Below, piece by piece: positions 1-10,704 of a stretch of DNA of 64,000 nucleotides. Both the position numbers and the translations under genes were made by a program. This DNA is from Chloropicon primus (lineage: Eukaryota): contig CP060770.1 in NCBI GenBank assembly GCA_023205875.1, forward strand, positions 186,001 to 250,000. Reading direction: 5' to 3'. The first letter of the stretch is position 1. Every line of letters starts with the position of its first letter. Below the pieces are notes generated by a model. The model had not been told where the DNA came from. It worked only from the letters and a program-made list of their open reading frames with translations, and did not search any database.

Positions 1-749
1 TTGAGCTTCTCCACCGTGTGACCCGTGTGCTTTGACAGTATGCCAAGCATGTCGTTCTTCTGCGCCTGAACCTCCCTGTTTCTGATGGCAATCTCAATCG
101 CTTGCCTGCTCCCCGTCGCAGGGATCCTCGGCTGGTGAAGCATGGCGGTCGCGTTCGGAAGCATGGCTCTCTTGCCCTTCTGCCCGGCGGCGAGAATCAT
201 GCAAGAGTTACCAATGGCCACGCCCACGTTGATGGTCGCGATATCGCTGCTCACGTAGTTCATCGTGTCGTAAATCGCCGTAGCCTCCGTCTCGAAGCCG
301 ACGACCGAGCCATCGGCCCGGCACGTCCCTGTGCTGTTGATATACATGTAAATATCCTTGCCGGGTTCCTTGTACTGCAAGTACAGGAGCTGGGCGATGA
401 TGAGCTCGCTCACCGCGCTCACGATGGGCATGCCAAGCCAAATGATCCTGGCGTCAAGAAGGATGGAAGGCAAGTCAGGGGGAGGCGTCTTCGCCCTGTG
501 CTCGTCGTATCCGCCGCTCGCCGCTGCCGGAGCCCCGCTGTTCATGCTCGTCTCCGACCTCAAGTTCGGCAGCGTCAAGCCAGGAGGCACCCAAAGCTTC
601 TCAGCTTCCAGCGCAGACCTCGTCACAACTCTGGACACTCTAGCACTCGCTCCTGGCACCCTCCTCCCGAGGTGAACCCGAGGCGAACCTCTTGCCTTGG
701 CCACCTCCCTCGCACCTCCCTTGCATCTCGTGCCAACCTTCGTCAACAT
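1..749 (-). CDS. clpR: Plastid Clp protease non-catalytic subunit ClpR (ClpR3-like); runs off the left edge of the window
   Basis: Manual minus-strand translation from ATG at 749: Arg/Ser/Ala-rich transit-like N-terminus, then PPPDLPSILLDARIIWLGMPIVSAVSELIIAQLLYLQY..YINSTGT..HQPRIP..ILSKHTGHTVEKL, typical of ClpR. Confidence 0.85.
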   Translation of the reverse strand, partial: MLTKVGTRCKGGAREVAKARGSPRVHLGRRVPGASARVSRVVTRSALEAEKLWVPPGLTLPNLRSETSMNSGAPAAASGGYDEHRAKTPPPDLPSILLDARIIWLGMPIVSAVSELIIAQLLYLQYKEPGKDIYMYINSTGTCRADGSVVGFETEATAIYDTMNYVSSDIATINVGVAIGNSCMILAAGQKGKRAMLPNATAMLHQPRIPATGSRQAIEIAIRNREVQAQKNDMLGILSKHTGHTVEKL

Positions 750-784
750 CTCTCCCTCCCTCCTCGTTTCTCCCCTTTTCCTGC

Positions 785-1461
785 ACCAATCCGGTCGACC
801 AAACGACCAATCGAAAGAACTCGAGACAAGCTTTCGTTCCGTCCAACTCTCTCCCCTCCCCCGTGCCCTTATCCCTCCTCAAACTCCGTCCAAACACTCG
901 CTCCACACGTCACAATTCGTCGTAATGACAACCCCTTTTTCTCTTTTCTCCCCTTTTCCTGCACCAATCCGGTCGACCAAACGATCAATCGAAAGGGCAA
1001 GAGACAAGCTTTCGTTCTGTTTCACTCCCTTTCCTTTCCCTCGCCCTCCTCCTGCCTCAAACTCCCTCCAAAGACAACGCAACACACGAAACACGTCACG
1101 AGGACCCCAAACGCCGACTCTTATCTAGAGGGACAGATCTCCGTTTTCCTTTCGAGTTCCTGCGACGGAGGAGAACACATAGGTGAGTGATGGGGAGGAG
1201 AAGCACGACGATGGATGGATGGATGAACGGATGGAATCCTCGTGCTCTCCTCTTTCCAATGAGCCCTCGCTTGAGAAAAATGACAAACGGACGAGGATCT
1301 GACAAGACGAATGGTTTTGTTCTTGTGGTTTGATTGCAGTGACACAGGTAAGGGCAAGGGGCGATGAGGTCGAGGGGACGCACGAAGAGGGAGAGAGGGA
1401 GGGAGGGATAGATTCTATAGCTCGCGATCTTTCCAAGGAGACCTCGGTCGAGAAAGATGAC
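785..1461. promoter_or_regulatory. Divergent promoter ClpR/PTRHD1 with four copies of the 52-bp element (+ 785-836, 963-1014; - 1233-1284, 1410-1461)
   Basis: tcgaaag at 811 and 989; ctttcca at 1252 and 1429; each pair lies within a ~178-bp tandem duplication. Confidence 0.75.
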
Positions 1462-2010
1462 AAAGGGACGAGGATCTGACGCGACGAATCAATCGTTTTG
1501 CTCTGTTTGATTCCAGCCCGTCCAGTGACAACACAGGTAAGCGCAAGGGACGTTGCAGGCGATGCATACGAGGGAAGGGGCGAGAGGAAGGGCCACCGAT
1601 CCGTCCACTGTCCTCTTTATCTTTCTGCTGGCAGAGCCACTCGATGGGATTGGCCGAGGACTCGTACTGAAGCGCAAGCACACTCTTGGTTGGTCTTCGC
1701 CTGGTTTCGTTGCTTCTCTCTCTCTCTGCTGCCAGTGCTTGGTCAGTTTGCCCCTTTGCTGCGAGGCATGAGATACATCCCAAAGACGTCCAATTGCATC
1801 AAAAGGTATTCAAGCGTGAAGCATTTGGAAGCTTTTTCGATCCATTCCATCGCGAGGCAGGAGCGCGGAGACTCCTCTCCACAGAGGCCAAGGCGAACAC
1901 AGTTCGGGGCGAGGGCGGCAGCGTGGTTTGGTCTTCCAGCGGGTTCAGTTCAGGGGTCGAGGGAATTTTCGGACAAGTTCAGGTTCACGAGGGGAAGGCC
2001 TGCGACGACG

Positions 2011-2460
2011 ATGGCGGCGGCGGGCACCGGAACCAACAGCACGAGCGAGGTCCTCCTGCAGTACGTGGTGCTGAGGAGAGACCTTTGGGACGTGAAGGGC
2101 GACGATGGGAGTGCTACTCCATGGCCCCTTGGCGCGGTTGTCGCTCAGGGCTGCCACGCCTCCACCGCAGCGCTTTGGCTGTCCAAGGATGACGAGGAGA
2201 CCATCGCCTACTGCGGAGAGGACAACCTCGATCACATGCACAAAGCCGTGCTGGAAGTGAAGAGCGAGACCCAACTTCGGAACTTGAGCGAAAAGCTAGG
2301 GCAGTCGGGGGTCAAGCACAAGCTCTGGATCGAGCAGCCAGAGGACGTGGCCACCTGCCTCGCGACGGCGCCGTTGCCAAAATCAAAGGTGTATCCCCTT
2401 TTGAAGAAATTCCAGCTGTGCAAAGCTTCGATCGTCCAGCAGACTAACAAGAAAAAGTGA
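2011..2460 (+). CDS. PTRHD1: Peptidyl-tRNA hydrolase PTH2-family protein, PTRHD1-like
   Basis: QYVVLRRDL..WPLGAVVAQGCHAS..MHKAVLEV..LWIEQPEDVATCLA; start uncertain (in-frame ATG also at 1768). Confidence 0.85.
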   Translation: MAAAGTGTNSTSEVLLQYVVLRRDLWDVKGDDGSATPWPLGAVVAQGCHASTAALWLSKDDEETIAYCGEDNLDHMHKAVLEVKSETQLRNLSEKLGQSGVKHKLWIEQPEDVATCLATAPLPKSKVYPLLKKFQLCKASIVQQTNKKK

Positions 2461-2539
2461 CACGTCGGCGAAGGGTGCTTATAATAATTTGTAACCTATA
2501 CTTATACAAGAAGCGGGGACGGCGTTCCCTCTAAGCCAG

Positions 2540-4197
2540 TCAGTCTTTTGGAGGCACCCCCGGTTGGTGCACTACTCTTTGGATCAGGCCGTCCCTCTTG
2601 GTGTAACGTATGCCAGACCAGTCGATCTCATCGCTCACCAGGGTCTTGAATGCCGCTGGAACAAAGAGCGCAACATCGATGCACAGCGCAGCCCACATCC
2701 GCACGTATTGCGACCAGCCCCAGTCCAACGAGTACCAGGACGTTTCCTTGTCATTGTCTGCACGAGCCCCGTCTTTCCCTTTCTTCTTGGTGGAACACTC
2801 CAAGTTCCCAGAGAACCCGTAAAGCTGCGCAAAGAGTCTGTCCATGGAACGGACGAAGCTGGTCATCGCGAAGAATCCAAGCACCACACAAAGGAAGAAG
2901 AACACCGCGCTCACGTTGCTCGAAAGCCACCGCATGAGGTGAACGTAAGCGAGCCTAGTGCTGTACTGGTACACCTCGCTGTGCCCAAGGGATGCCTTGA
3001 CAAGAAACCACGCGATTGCGACCAAGCCGTAGCCGTATCTGATCAAGTTTTGGATCACGGCAAGTACGAAGAAAGTGCTGAGATAGACGTGAATCACGAT
3101 GAGCATGTGGTTGAGTCTCTTGTGCCACCCGGACGTGTACGTGTCCAACACGAAAACTTGTCTGCTCATGTAGTTCCAGTACTGCTTCAAGGTGGTCCGC
3201 TTGGGGATCCTTTGGATCAGGACGTTGCTCGGGTTGCACATGATCGTCAGCCCGTTTGCCTGGCAGACGCTCGACGCGATGAGGTCGTCCGAGTAGCCGC
3301 CATTCTCCCAGCTCGAGACCAAGCCGTAAGCGTCCTTCAAAAGGTCTTGCGTTCGGTACATCATGCAACCGCCCCAAACAAAAGTTGTTTTGAATGCGAT
3401 GGAGAAAGCAATGATCAGCCTCATGTGGTACGCGGCCACGCAGTAGGACAGAAAACAAGCGCCCAGGGCTGGCACATCAAATGGGTATGCCGTGCACATG
3501 AAACAGTCCTTGCCCCTATTCGCTTCCATCGTATCCACGAGATTGTCTATCAGCTTGTCGTGAATCTTGATGTCATCGTCGAGAAAGAGAACATAGTCCC
3601 ACTTACGCCCGCTCCCAACTGAACGGGAAAAGAAAGATGCCAACCAACCAGTCAGTCCAAACTGATCCACCAAAGAGGATGCGAAACTTTTCACTTACTT
3701 TTCCCTTCCTTCAACGCTTTGATTCCGCTCACGATGTTGTGCAGCTTCTGCGAGCAAGTTGCAGCCCTTCCGCAAATGACCACGCCGTGATCCGACACGC
3801 TCTCTCTCACGGCAGCGCAGGCCACGTCCTCCTCGCTCTCTATGCAGAAGCACATCCCAAACCTTCCCTGATAGTCTCTCCCTCCCTCCACAAAACTCAA
3901 CCAGTTCCTCACGCTCCCCTCCTTCAAACCTTTTGCCGGGACAAACGCAAAGACACTCGACCTCTCCCTCGGCTCAGCCCCATCTAAGTCCTCCTCTCTC
4001 CGTCCCGTCCCTCGGTGACCCACCCGCTTGTGCTGCCTCTGCCTCCTCTCCTGTGATGACCCCTCCTCGTAAGAGCAAGGCTTTCCGAGAAGGATGCGCC
4101 TCGTCTCGCGCCGCTTCAGCCTCGCAGAGACCAACCAACCCGTGGACAGCGTCAACAATATGACGCTGCCATGCCAATCCACGATGGCGGACAACAT
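2540..4197 (-). CDS. GCS: Ceramide glucosyltransferase (plant-type GCS, GT21); intron near 3620-3698
   Basis: N-terminal TM segment, then TCSQKLHN, YVLFLDDD, WGGCMM, GGYSDD and YWNYMSRQVFVLDTY across ORFs 3691..4227 and 2540..3694. Confidence 0.85.
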
Positions 4198-4273
4198 CTC
4201 GCTTCCCTCTCTCTCCTGCTCTCTCAAGTCATCTCGTCATCCGCTTGAAGCAACCTCACACTTCACTCCGGAA

Positions 4274-4946
4274 GCCAAACGAGGCGTGCGACCAGTCTAC
4301 CGAAAGATAGTGAGGTAATATTTCGTATGATACCCTCCCCTTCTCCCTTACCTGTCTTAATCGCCGTCACTGGTCTTGATAAGGTGGACCACTCCGGTAC
4401 TTTCTCCTTCCCTTTCCGTCCTCCCAGTCGATCCCTCGATGACTCCGGAAGCCAAATGGGTCAATCAAGGTATCGTTGGAAAGATCGCGAGGTCTAGTTT
4501 CGTCCCGCGTCCCCTCTTCTCCTCTTTACCCCTCGTTCGACCGCCAGGCCTCGCCAAAGCGCTCTCCTTCCTCTCCTCTGTCGTCCTCAGAGGTTCCTAT
4601 CCTATTTTCCCCACGCCTTGGTCGAACTCAGGCCAACTCCACAGGAGGGAAGCGGAGGGAAGCGGAGGGAAGAGGGGGACGGTAGAGAGGGAGGGGAGGC
4701 GAACGGAGGACGAGAGACGAAAATAGACCTCGCGAGCTTTCCAACGATACCTCGATTGACCCATTTGGCTTCCGGATCGGTCGAGGGATCGACTGGGAGG
4801 ACGGAAAGGGAAGGAGAAAGTCCCGGAGTGGTCCACCTTGTCAAGACCAGTGACGTCGATTAAGACAGGTAAAGGAGAAGACCAGGGTACCAGACGAAAG
4901 AACATCTCACTACCTTTCCGTAGACTGGTCGCCGGCCCGGTTTGTG
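4274..4946. repeat. Long imperfect inverted repeat (arms ~4274-4510 and ~4711-4946) spanning the GCS/QueG divergent promoter
   Basis: Left-arm ttacctgtcttaatcg..ggtggaccactccgg..gccaaatgggtcaatcaaggtatcgttggaaag is mirrored on the right arm; each arm holds two 52-bp elements 177 bp apart. Confidence 0.95.
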
Positions 4947-5055
4947 TCTGAATCGCGCAAAGAAGAGACTTTTTTAGAGTAACGCCTGGAAGTGGAGTGT
5001 CACCTCATCTCTTCATGGTCCATCACTTGCAGGTTTTTTGCCGTCTGTTGGGGAG

Positions 5056-6495
5056 ATGATCAAGTGGACGAAGGTTTCGAGCCGTGTCATTGCTCGATGG
5101 TCGTGTACCTTGACGGGTGGTGGCCCTGGAGGCGGAAAGGCTGAGGAACAAACATGCTTTTTGCAGGATGAGGCAGCTGGGGGGAGGACACAGCCACAGA
5201 AGAAGAAGAGGAGGAGAAGGAAGAAGAAGAGTGATGTGTTCTCCATGCTGGAGCCATCGGTACCGAGTCACCTGTCGACGTGGGTGGACGTCAAGGAGGC
5301 CATTCGGGACAAGGCCAAAGAGCTGAAGCTGGGTCCCACGAGGTTCGCGGCGTGCGAGAAGCCCAGGCCAGACAGGATGGCAGCGTATCAGAAGTGGATT
5401 GACAGTGGGATGCACGGTGAGATGGCTTACCTTGCGAGGGAGGACAGGCTGGAGCGGAGGAGGGACCCGAGGATCGTGCTGGATGGTGCAAAGAGCATCA
5501 TCGTCTCGTCCATGTTTTACTGGCCGGGCAAGGGTGGCTTCCCTTGGCCCAAGGTCAGCGAGAGGGAGAGGCTGGGGGCCGACTCGGAGGGGAGGGGACT
5601 GGTTTCGTGTTACGCTTGGGGGGACGACTACCACCAGATCATGGGGAGCAAGCTCAGGGACCTGGCGACCTTTGCCGTGGAGCTTTGTGGCGGCAACTCG
5701 CGTTGGTATGTGGACACTGGCGCGGTCATGGAGAGGGACCTGGCCGAGAGAGCAGGGCTCGGTTTCACGGGGAAGAACACCTTGTCCATTCATTCGAATT
5801 ATGGTTCTGGTTTCTTCATCGGGTCTGTTTTCACCACTCTGCCCTTGCCACCAGATGAGCCCATGAAGAAGCCTTCGTATTGCGGGTCCTGCACGAAGTG
5901 TCAAGTCGCTTGCCCGACCGGGGCGCTGGCTCCCACAAGGGATTTCGTGATGGACGCCAGGCGGTGCATAAGCTACCTGACCATCGAGCTCAAGGGCAGC
6001 ATTCCTGTGGAGTTGAGGCCTTTGGTGGGGACTTGGATCTACGGCTGTGACATCTGCCAGGTAAGACTGAGAAAGGTGGGACCAAGCCACCATTTCCTTT
6101 TTGTATCGTTGATTTCTGACTCGCTGTTGGTCGTCTGTTTCCTTCCGCAGGAGGTCTGCCCTTGGAACCAGTTCTCTTGGCAGGGGCAATCCTCGCCCTC
6201 GTGGGGCCAGGTGTCGAAGGACATTAGCTTTCCGGTTCTGAGGGACCTGCTGCACATGGACGAGACCGAGTTCGAAGCGCGGTTTGCACAAAGCGCGGTG
6301 AAAAGGATAGGGAGAGACCGGTTCTTGCGAAACGTGTGCGTCGCCCTAGGAAACTCCGGGGACGTCCGAGCCATCCCTCCGCTGAGGAAGGCCATGGAGA
6401 CGGAGTCTGACTTGGTGAAAGAGCACGCCTCGTGGGCGATCACCCGGATCGCGGAGCAGCAAAGGAGCAGCAGCAAGACGACGACGACGACCTAA
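5056..6495 (+). CDS. queG: Epoxyqueuosine reductase QueG (cobalamin, 2x[4Fe-4S]); intron 6061-6150
   Basis: YAWGDDYH, YVDTGAVMER, GFTGKN, CGSCTKCQVACPTGA, RCISYLTIE, YGCDICQ|EVCPWN, C-terminal HEAT-like RNVCVALGN..EHASWA; GT..AG intron splits the second cluster motif. Confidence 0.9.
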   Translation: MIKWTKVSSRVIARWSCTLTGGGPGGGKAEEQTCFLQDEAAGGRTQPQKKKRRRRKKKSDVFSMLEPSVPSHLSTWVDVKEAIRDKAKELKLGPTRFAACEKPRPDRMAAYQKWIDSGMHGEMAYLAREDRLERRRDPRIVLDGAKSIIVSSMFYWPGKGGFPWPKVSERERLGADSEGRGLVSCYAWGDDYHQIMGSKLRDLATFAVELCGGNSRWYVDTGAVMERDLAERAGLGFTGKNTLSIHSNYGSGFFIGSVFTTLPLPPDEPMKKPSYCGSCTKCQVACPTGALAPTRDFVMDARRCISYLTIELKGSIPVELRPLVGTWIYGCDICQVRLRKVGPSHHFLFVSLISDSLLVVCFLPQEVCPWNQFSWQGQSSPSWGQVSKDISFPVLRDLLHMDETEFEARFAQSAVKRIGRDRFLRNVCVALGNSGDVRAIPPLRKAMETESDLVKEHASWAITRIAEQQRSSSKTTTTT

Positions 6496-6615
6496 AAACA
6501 AAATACATTATTTATTAAAGAACTTTATTTTCGATATGCACCATTACAAAACACAGGCGAGTTCACTTGAGGTCGTCCAGCAGATTGTTCACGGTGGCGT
6601 TGATGATTGCCATCA

Positions 6616-6865
6616 CCACGATCCGTCGTGATGCGAGGGCAATCGCAGGCGATCTCGCCGCCCGAGCGCACTCCCAAGCGTCCTCGTGTCCTATTAGTGA
6701 TGATGCTGATGTTGCTGCTGCTGATGGGGAAAATGGAGTTCCTCCTTGACCAGGGCACCAAACAGGCCAAGCAAGGGCTCTTTGGAAAGATCTCGCCACG
6801 ATCCGTCGTAATGCGAGGACAATCCCATGCGATGTCTCCGTCCAAGCCCACTCCCAAGCGTCCTG
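6616..6865. repeat. Diverged tandem duplication, 180-bp period (6616-6685 vs 6796-6865), with a 52-bp element at 6757-6808
   Basis: ccacgatccgtcgt..atgcgagg..actcccaagcgtcct present twice. Confidence 0.85.
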
Positions 6866-7220
6866 TTCAAGTCTCCTGGCGACGCCCCCCATGATCATGA
6901 TCTGGAGTGTCCACGGGCGAGAAAGAAGTGTCCTCCATCTGTCACTTGAAAAAAAGAACTTTTCCCGGGCTTTTTTTCCTCGAGGCTTTGGATTGTGGAA
7001 AAGTGTAGAAATTACACTTTAGGGTCGGCGGAACATTTCAAATTTTTTCAAATCCTCGTTTTCCCTTTCGTCGGTAGAAATCCCTTCTTGAGAGGACACG
7101 AGTGACTCCCCGGAGGAAAACACACCAAAAACCGATCGATCGATCGATCGGAAGACGAGCACCGCAGAGCAGAGCAGGACGGAGGAAGGTAAGGACGACG
7201 ACGACGACGACGACGACGAG

Positions 7221-7526
7221 GAGCGGAGGAGAGGAGGAGGGAGAATATCGCTCTCTCCATCTCTTGCTCTCTCTCTCTCTCTCTCTCCATCTCTCTCCAT
7301 CTCTTGCTCTGGTTTCTTTCTTCATTTTTTCATGGGAAAGAGACAGTTTGCTTGGTGGGCTCCATGTTGTTGTGGACGAGCGAGCGAGCGGAGGAGCGGA
7401 GGAGAGAGAACATCACTCTCTCCATCTCTTGCTCTCTCTCTCTCCATCTCTTGCTCTGTTTTCTTTCTTCATTTTTTCATGGGAAAGAGACAGTTTGCTT
7501 GGTGGGCTCCATGTTGTTGTTGTGGA
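7221..7526. repeat. Tandem duplication (~150-165 bp period) upstream of MYB3R, probably in a 5' UTR intron
   Basis: ttcattttttcatgggaaagagacagtttgcttggtgggctccatgttgttg at 7321 and 7468; GTAAG donor at 7189. Confidence 0.85.
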
Positions 7527-8016
7527 AAGTATCCTCGTGTTGAGGTGGAGGACAGAGGAAAGGAAAAGAGAATCTCTTCATCTCTTGCTCTGTTTTTGTT
7601 TCAGGGAACAGAACAGAACAACAGAGAGACCTCTTCCTCTTCCTCGCGTCTCGTCCACAGAGCAGAGCAAAAAGAGAGAGAGCCTTCCTCCGTTCCATCC
7701 TCCATCCTTATTCCTTTCCGTTTCTAACGCCAACGCTTCTCCTTCTTTCCTTTTTTTTTCGTTCAGCTTGGCTCCTGTTGGGTTTTTGTTTTTGATTCAG
7801 TAGCGGGTTGGGTTGCTCGTCGTGAGAGTTTGTTGTTGTTGCTGCTCTGAGAAGAACAGAACAGAATCGACTGGACTGGACTGGACTCTGCTCCGTTCCT
7901 TCGTTCGTTCGTTCGTTCGTTCAATTTTTTTTTATTTTTTTTTGCTTGTTGGTCGACTACTACTCGCTCGTCGTCCACCAGCAGCAGCAGCAGCACCAGG
8001 TAGATAGAGATAGAGC

Positions 8017-10128
8017 ATGGAGTCCATACCGGAGGGCTCGCAAGCGGCCGCGGAAACGCAGGCGGCTCGCCCCCCCCTGGCGCAGTTGGACCCGCAGAAC
8101 CAGCCGGTCGCCTCCGGGCAGCCCGAGGACCCGAAGAAGGAGTCCCCGTCGAGCGTGCCCGCCCAGCAGCAGCAGGCCAAGGCGGCGACGACGAAGGTGG
8201 ACGTCGCGAAGAACGAGAAGTTCACGGAGGCCGCCCTGAGCCTGCCGCCCGTGCTGGGAAAGACTGGCGCGCCGAAGAGGAAGTCGAGCAAGGGGGGTTG
8301 GACGAACGAGGAGGACGAGATCTTGAGGAGGGCGGTGCAGCAGTGCGAGGGGAAGAATTGGAAGAAGATCGCAGAGTACTTCACCGACAGGAGCGACGTC
8401 CAGTGCCTCCACCGGTGGCAGAAGGTGCTGAACCCCGACCTCATCAAGGGGCCGTGGACCCCGGACGAGGACAGGAAGATCATCTCCCTAGTCAAGGAGC
8501 ACGGCCCGAAGAAGTGGAGCGTGATCGCCGAGAAGCTCCCGGGGAGGATAGGCAAGCAGTGTAGGGAGAGGTGGCACAACCACCTGAACCCCGACATCAA
8601 GCAGGACCCTTGGAGCATGGAGGAGGACAAGACCCTGATAGACGCGCACAAGAAGCACGGAAACAAGTGGGCGGAGATCTCGAAGCTCCTGCCGGGGAGG
8701 ACGGACAACGCCATCAAGAACAGGTGGAACTCCACCATGAAGAGGAAGTACGAGGAGCGCACCTCCTCCAACGCGGGTGGAAAGTCAAAGCAGCAGGCCA
8801 GGAAGACTCAGAAGACGTCTGCGGGCGGCAGCGCGGGCGGGGTGAAGGCCGGCAAGGACAAGGGGGCCAAGTCCCAGGAGCAGAAGAAGAAGGCGCAGAG
8901 GCAGGGGGCGGGAAGGAAGAAGGCGGCCTCGAAGAAGGGCCCGAAGGGCAAGGAGGTGAACGTCGCCGCCATGGCGTTTGGCCAGCAGCAGCAGGTCGCG
9001 CACCCCTGGCAGAACCTCTACGCCGCCACCGGTCAGTTCCCCTTCTCCGCGGCGAACATGGGCATGTACGCCCCTCCCGGCGCGGATCCCCAGGCGCACG
9101 CCCAGCAGCTCAGCGCGTACGCCGCGGGCCAGTACCAGCCATTCGCGATGTACGCGAGCCCCCAGGGCAACCTGGTGGGGCAGCCCTTCAGCGCCCAGCA
9201 GCCCGGAGCCGCGGCAGGCCAGTCGAGCGGAGCGGCAGGGCAGCAGCAGCACCAGAGCATGCTGCAGCAGAACAACCTTGCGAGCGCTTTGCACAACGCC
9301 TCGAGCCTCCAGGACCTCACCGGCTTTGGCCTCACCTCCCCCGAGGCTCACCAGGCCCTCTTGCAGTCCTCCATTAGCTCGCCCCTCGGCATTTCCCAGC
9401 TCTTCATGGGGGAGGGAGGGCTCGGTAACGTGGGGTCGCTGACGCCAGGGCAGTTCCTGTTCGCGGCGACGCCAAACCAGAGCGCCTCGGGACCGAACGG
9501 AAGCCCGCAGTCGAGGCTCAGCTCCGCGGCGAAGACCTTTGGCGCGACCCCTTCGATTTACCAAAGGAGGCACAGGGCCGGAGCGAGCGGGCAGCAGGTC
9601 GCTGCACTGGAACCGGACAGTGCCTTGGGAGGCGTCAAGACGGAGCAGGTGGGCTCCGCTCCTGGAAGGAACCACATCGACCAGTCGGACTTGGCGAGCC
9701 AGTCGGACTTGGCGAGCCTGGCGAGGCCCCTTTTCGCCAGCCCAAGCACGAGCTACGGCCAGAAGGAGAGGCAGCAGCAGAAGCTCGAGGACAAGCAGCA
9801 GATTGTCGCCGAGAAGAAGGTGCTGGGAGAGAACCATATGATCCCCAAGCAGCCAGCAACCCACAAGGGGCCAAGACTCAGTCATGTCTTCAGGCAACCA
9901 CAGGACGCCTTGACCATGATGCAGACGGTCGAGGCCCAGAACCAAGGACTTTTCATGGGGTGCGAGGAGGTGCTCGCGGGGAAATCCGGAGACACGAAAA
10001 CGAAAGCGAACGCCGCTGGGGAAGGAAACATCAGCCCAACGGGCAGCAAAGAGAACCACAACATTCACCTTCTCACCCCAGGAAGCAGGTACTTAATGCA
10101 GCATACTGCAAACCTTTGCGACAATTAG
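8017..10128 (+). CDS. MYB3R: Three-repeat MYB transcription factor (R1R2R3-MYB)
   Basis: Three MYB repeats: [61 protein letters not shown]. Confidence 0.95.
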   Translation: MESIPEGSQAAAETQAARPPLAQLDPQNQPVASGQPEDPKKESPSSVPAQQQQAKAATTKVDVAKNEKFTEAALSLPPVLGKTGAPKRKSSKGGWTNEEDEILRRAVQQCEGKNWKKIAEYFTDRSDVQCLHRWQKVLNPDLIKGPWTPDEDRKIISLVKEHGPKKWSVIAEKLPGRIGKQCRERWHNHLNPDIKQDPWSMEEDKTLIDAHKKHGNKWAEISKLLPGRTDNAIKNRWNSTMKRKYEERTSSNAGGKSKQQARKTQKTSAGGSAGGVKAGKDKGAKSQEQKKKAQRQGAGRKKAASKKGPKGKEVNVAAMAFGQQQQVAHPWQNLYAATGQFPFSAANMGMYAPPGADPQAHAQQLSAYAAGQYQPFAMYASPQGNLVGQPFSAQQPGAAAGQSSGAAGQQQHQSMLQQNNLASALHNASSLQDLTGFGLTSPEAHQALLQSSISSPLGISQLFMGEGGLGNVGSLTPGQFLFAATPNQSASGPNGSPQSRLSSAAKTFGATPSIYQRRHRAGASGQQVAALEPDSALGGVKTEQVGSAPGRNHIDQSDLASQSDLASLARPLFASPSTSYGQKERQQQKLEDKQQIVAEKKVLGENHMIPKQPATHKGPRLSHVFRQPQDALTMMQTVEAQNQGLFMGCEEVLAGKSGDTKTKANAAGEGNISPTGSKENHNIHLLTPGSRYLMQHTANLCDN

Positions 10129-10279
10129 GAAGCACACACACCCCTATGTTTTAATATATGAGAAAAAATATGAACCCCAAAACGAAACAAAACGAAACTG
10201 ATGTACTACAATGTCACTTGACTTCACGCGACGGCGTTAGAATGCGCCTCGCTGTGCCCAAACCCTCGCCTAGCAAGAC

Positions 10280-10651
10280 CTACTGCCCTCCCTTCATCTC
10301 CTTGATGGTGGGCCAGACGCCCGACGCCGCCGCGATGGCGAGGAGCACGACAGCTACCTTGACCATGACGCCCTTGGTCCCGGAACCCTGCGATGGGATC
10401 ACAAGCTGCTGCCCCGGAAAGATCATGTCCCCTTCACCAATCGTCTTCGTGTTCGCTTTCCTCAACTTCTCCGTCGTCACGTTATGGCCGGCTGCGATGC
10501 TGGACAGCCACTCGCCCTTCTGCACTTCGTGGTACTTCTTCGCGTCGCATGACACGAGTCTCGAAGATCTCGAGCACCTCGATGCCGATGGAAGGGAAGG
10601 GGGGCTCCTTCCAACGGAGAACCTCCTCGTCGTAATAGTGTTCACGTTCAT
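10280..10651 (-). CDS. Small LysM-domain protein with transit-like N-terminus and C-terminal TM helix
   Basis: HEVQKGEWLSSIAAGHNVTTEKLRKAN..IFPGQQLVIP is a LysM domain; Ser/Arg-rich N-terminus; VMVKVAVVLLAIAAASGVW. Confidence 0.85.
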   Translation of the reverse strand: MNVNTITTRRFSVGRSPPSLPSASRCSRSSRLVSCDAKKYHEVQKGEWLSSIAAGHNVTTEKLRKANTKTIGEGDMIFPGQQLVIPSQGSGTKGVMVKVAVVLLAIAAASGVWPTIKEMKGGQ

Positions 10652-10704
10652 CGCACGAAAATAATCTTCAGCCCACAAGAAAAAACAGCAAGCAGAATCA
10701 CTCG

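Noticed and set aside
102..1190. 362-aa plus-strand ORF
   Set aside because: Antisense to ClpR and runs through promoter repeats; no protein motifs
785..1461. Regularly spaced repeats read as a CRISPR array
   Set aside because: Only two copies per side, degenerate, ~177-bp period, eukaryotic context and no cas genes
5056..6495. queG (and murB) as bacterial contamination
   Set aside because: queG has a spliceosomal intron and a host-type promoter; both genes are embedded among eukaryotic genes with similar composition
6563..6898. 111-aa minus-strand ORF with an internal repeat
   Set aside because: The repeat reflects the 180-bp DNA duplication; non-ATG start and no recognisable domain; unsupported without expression data
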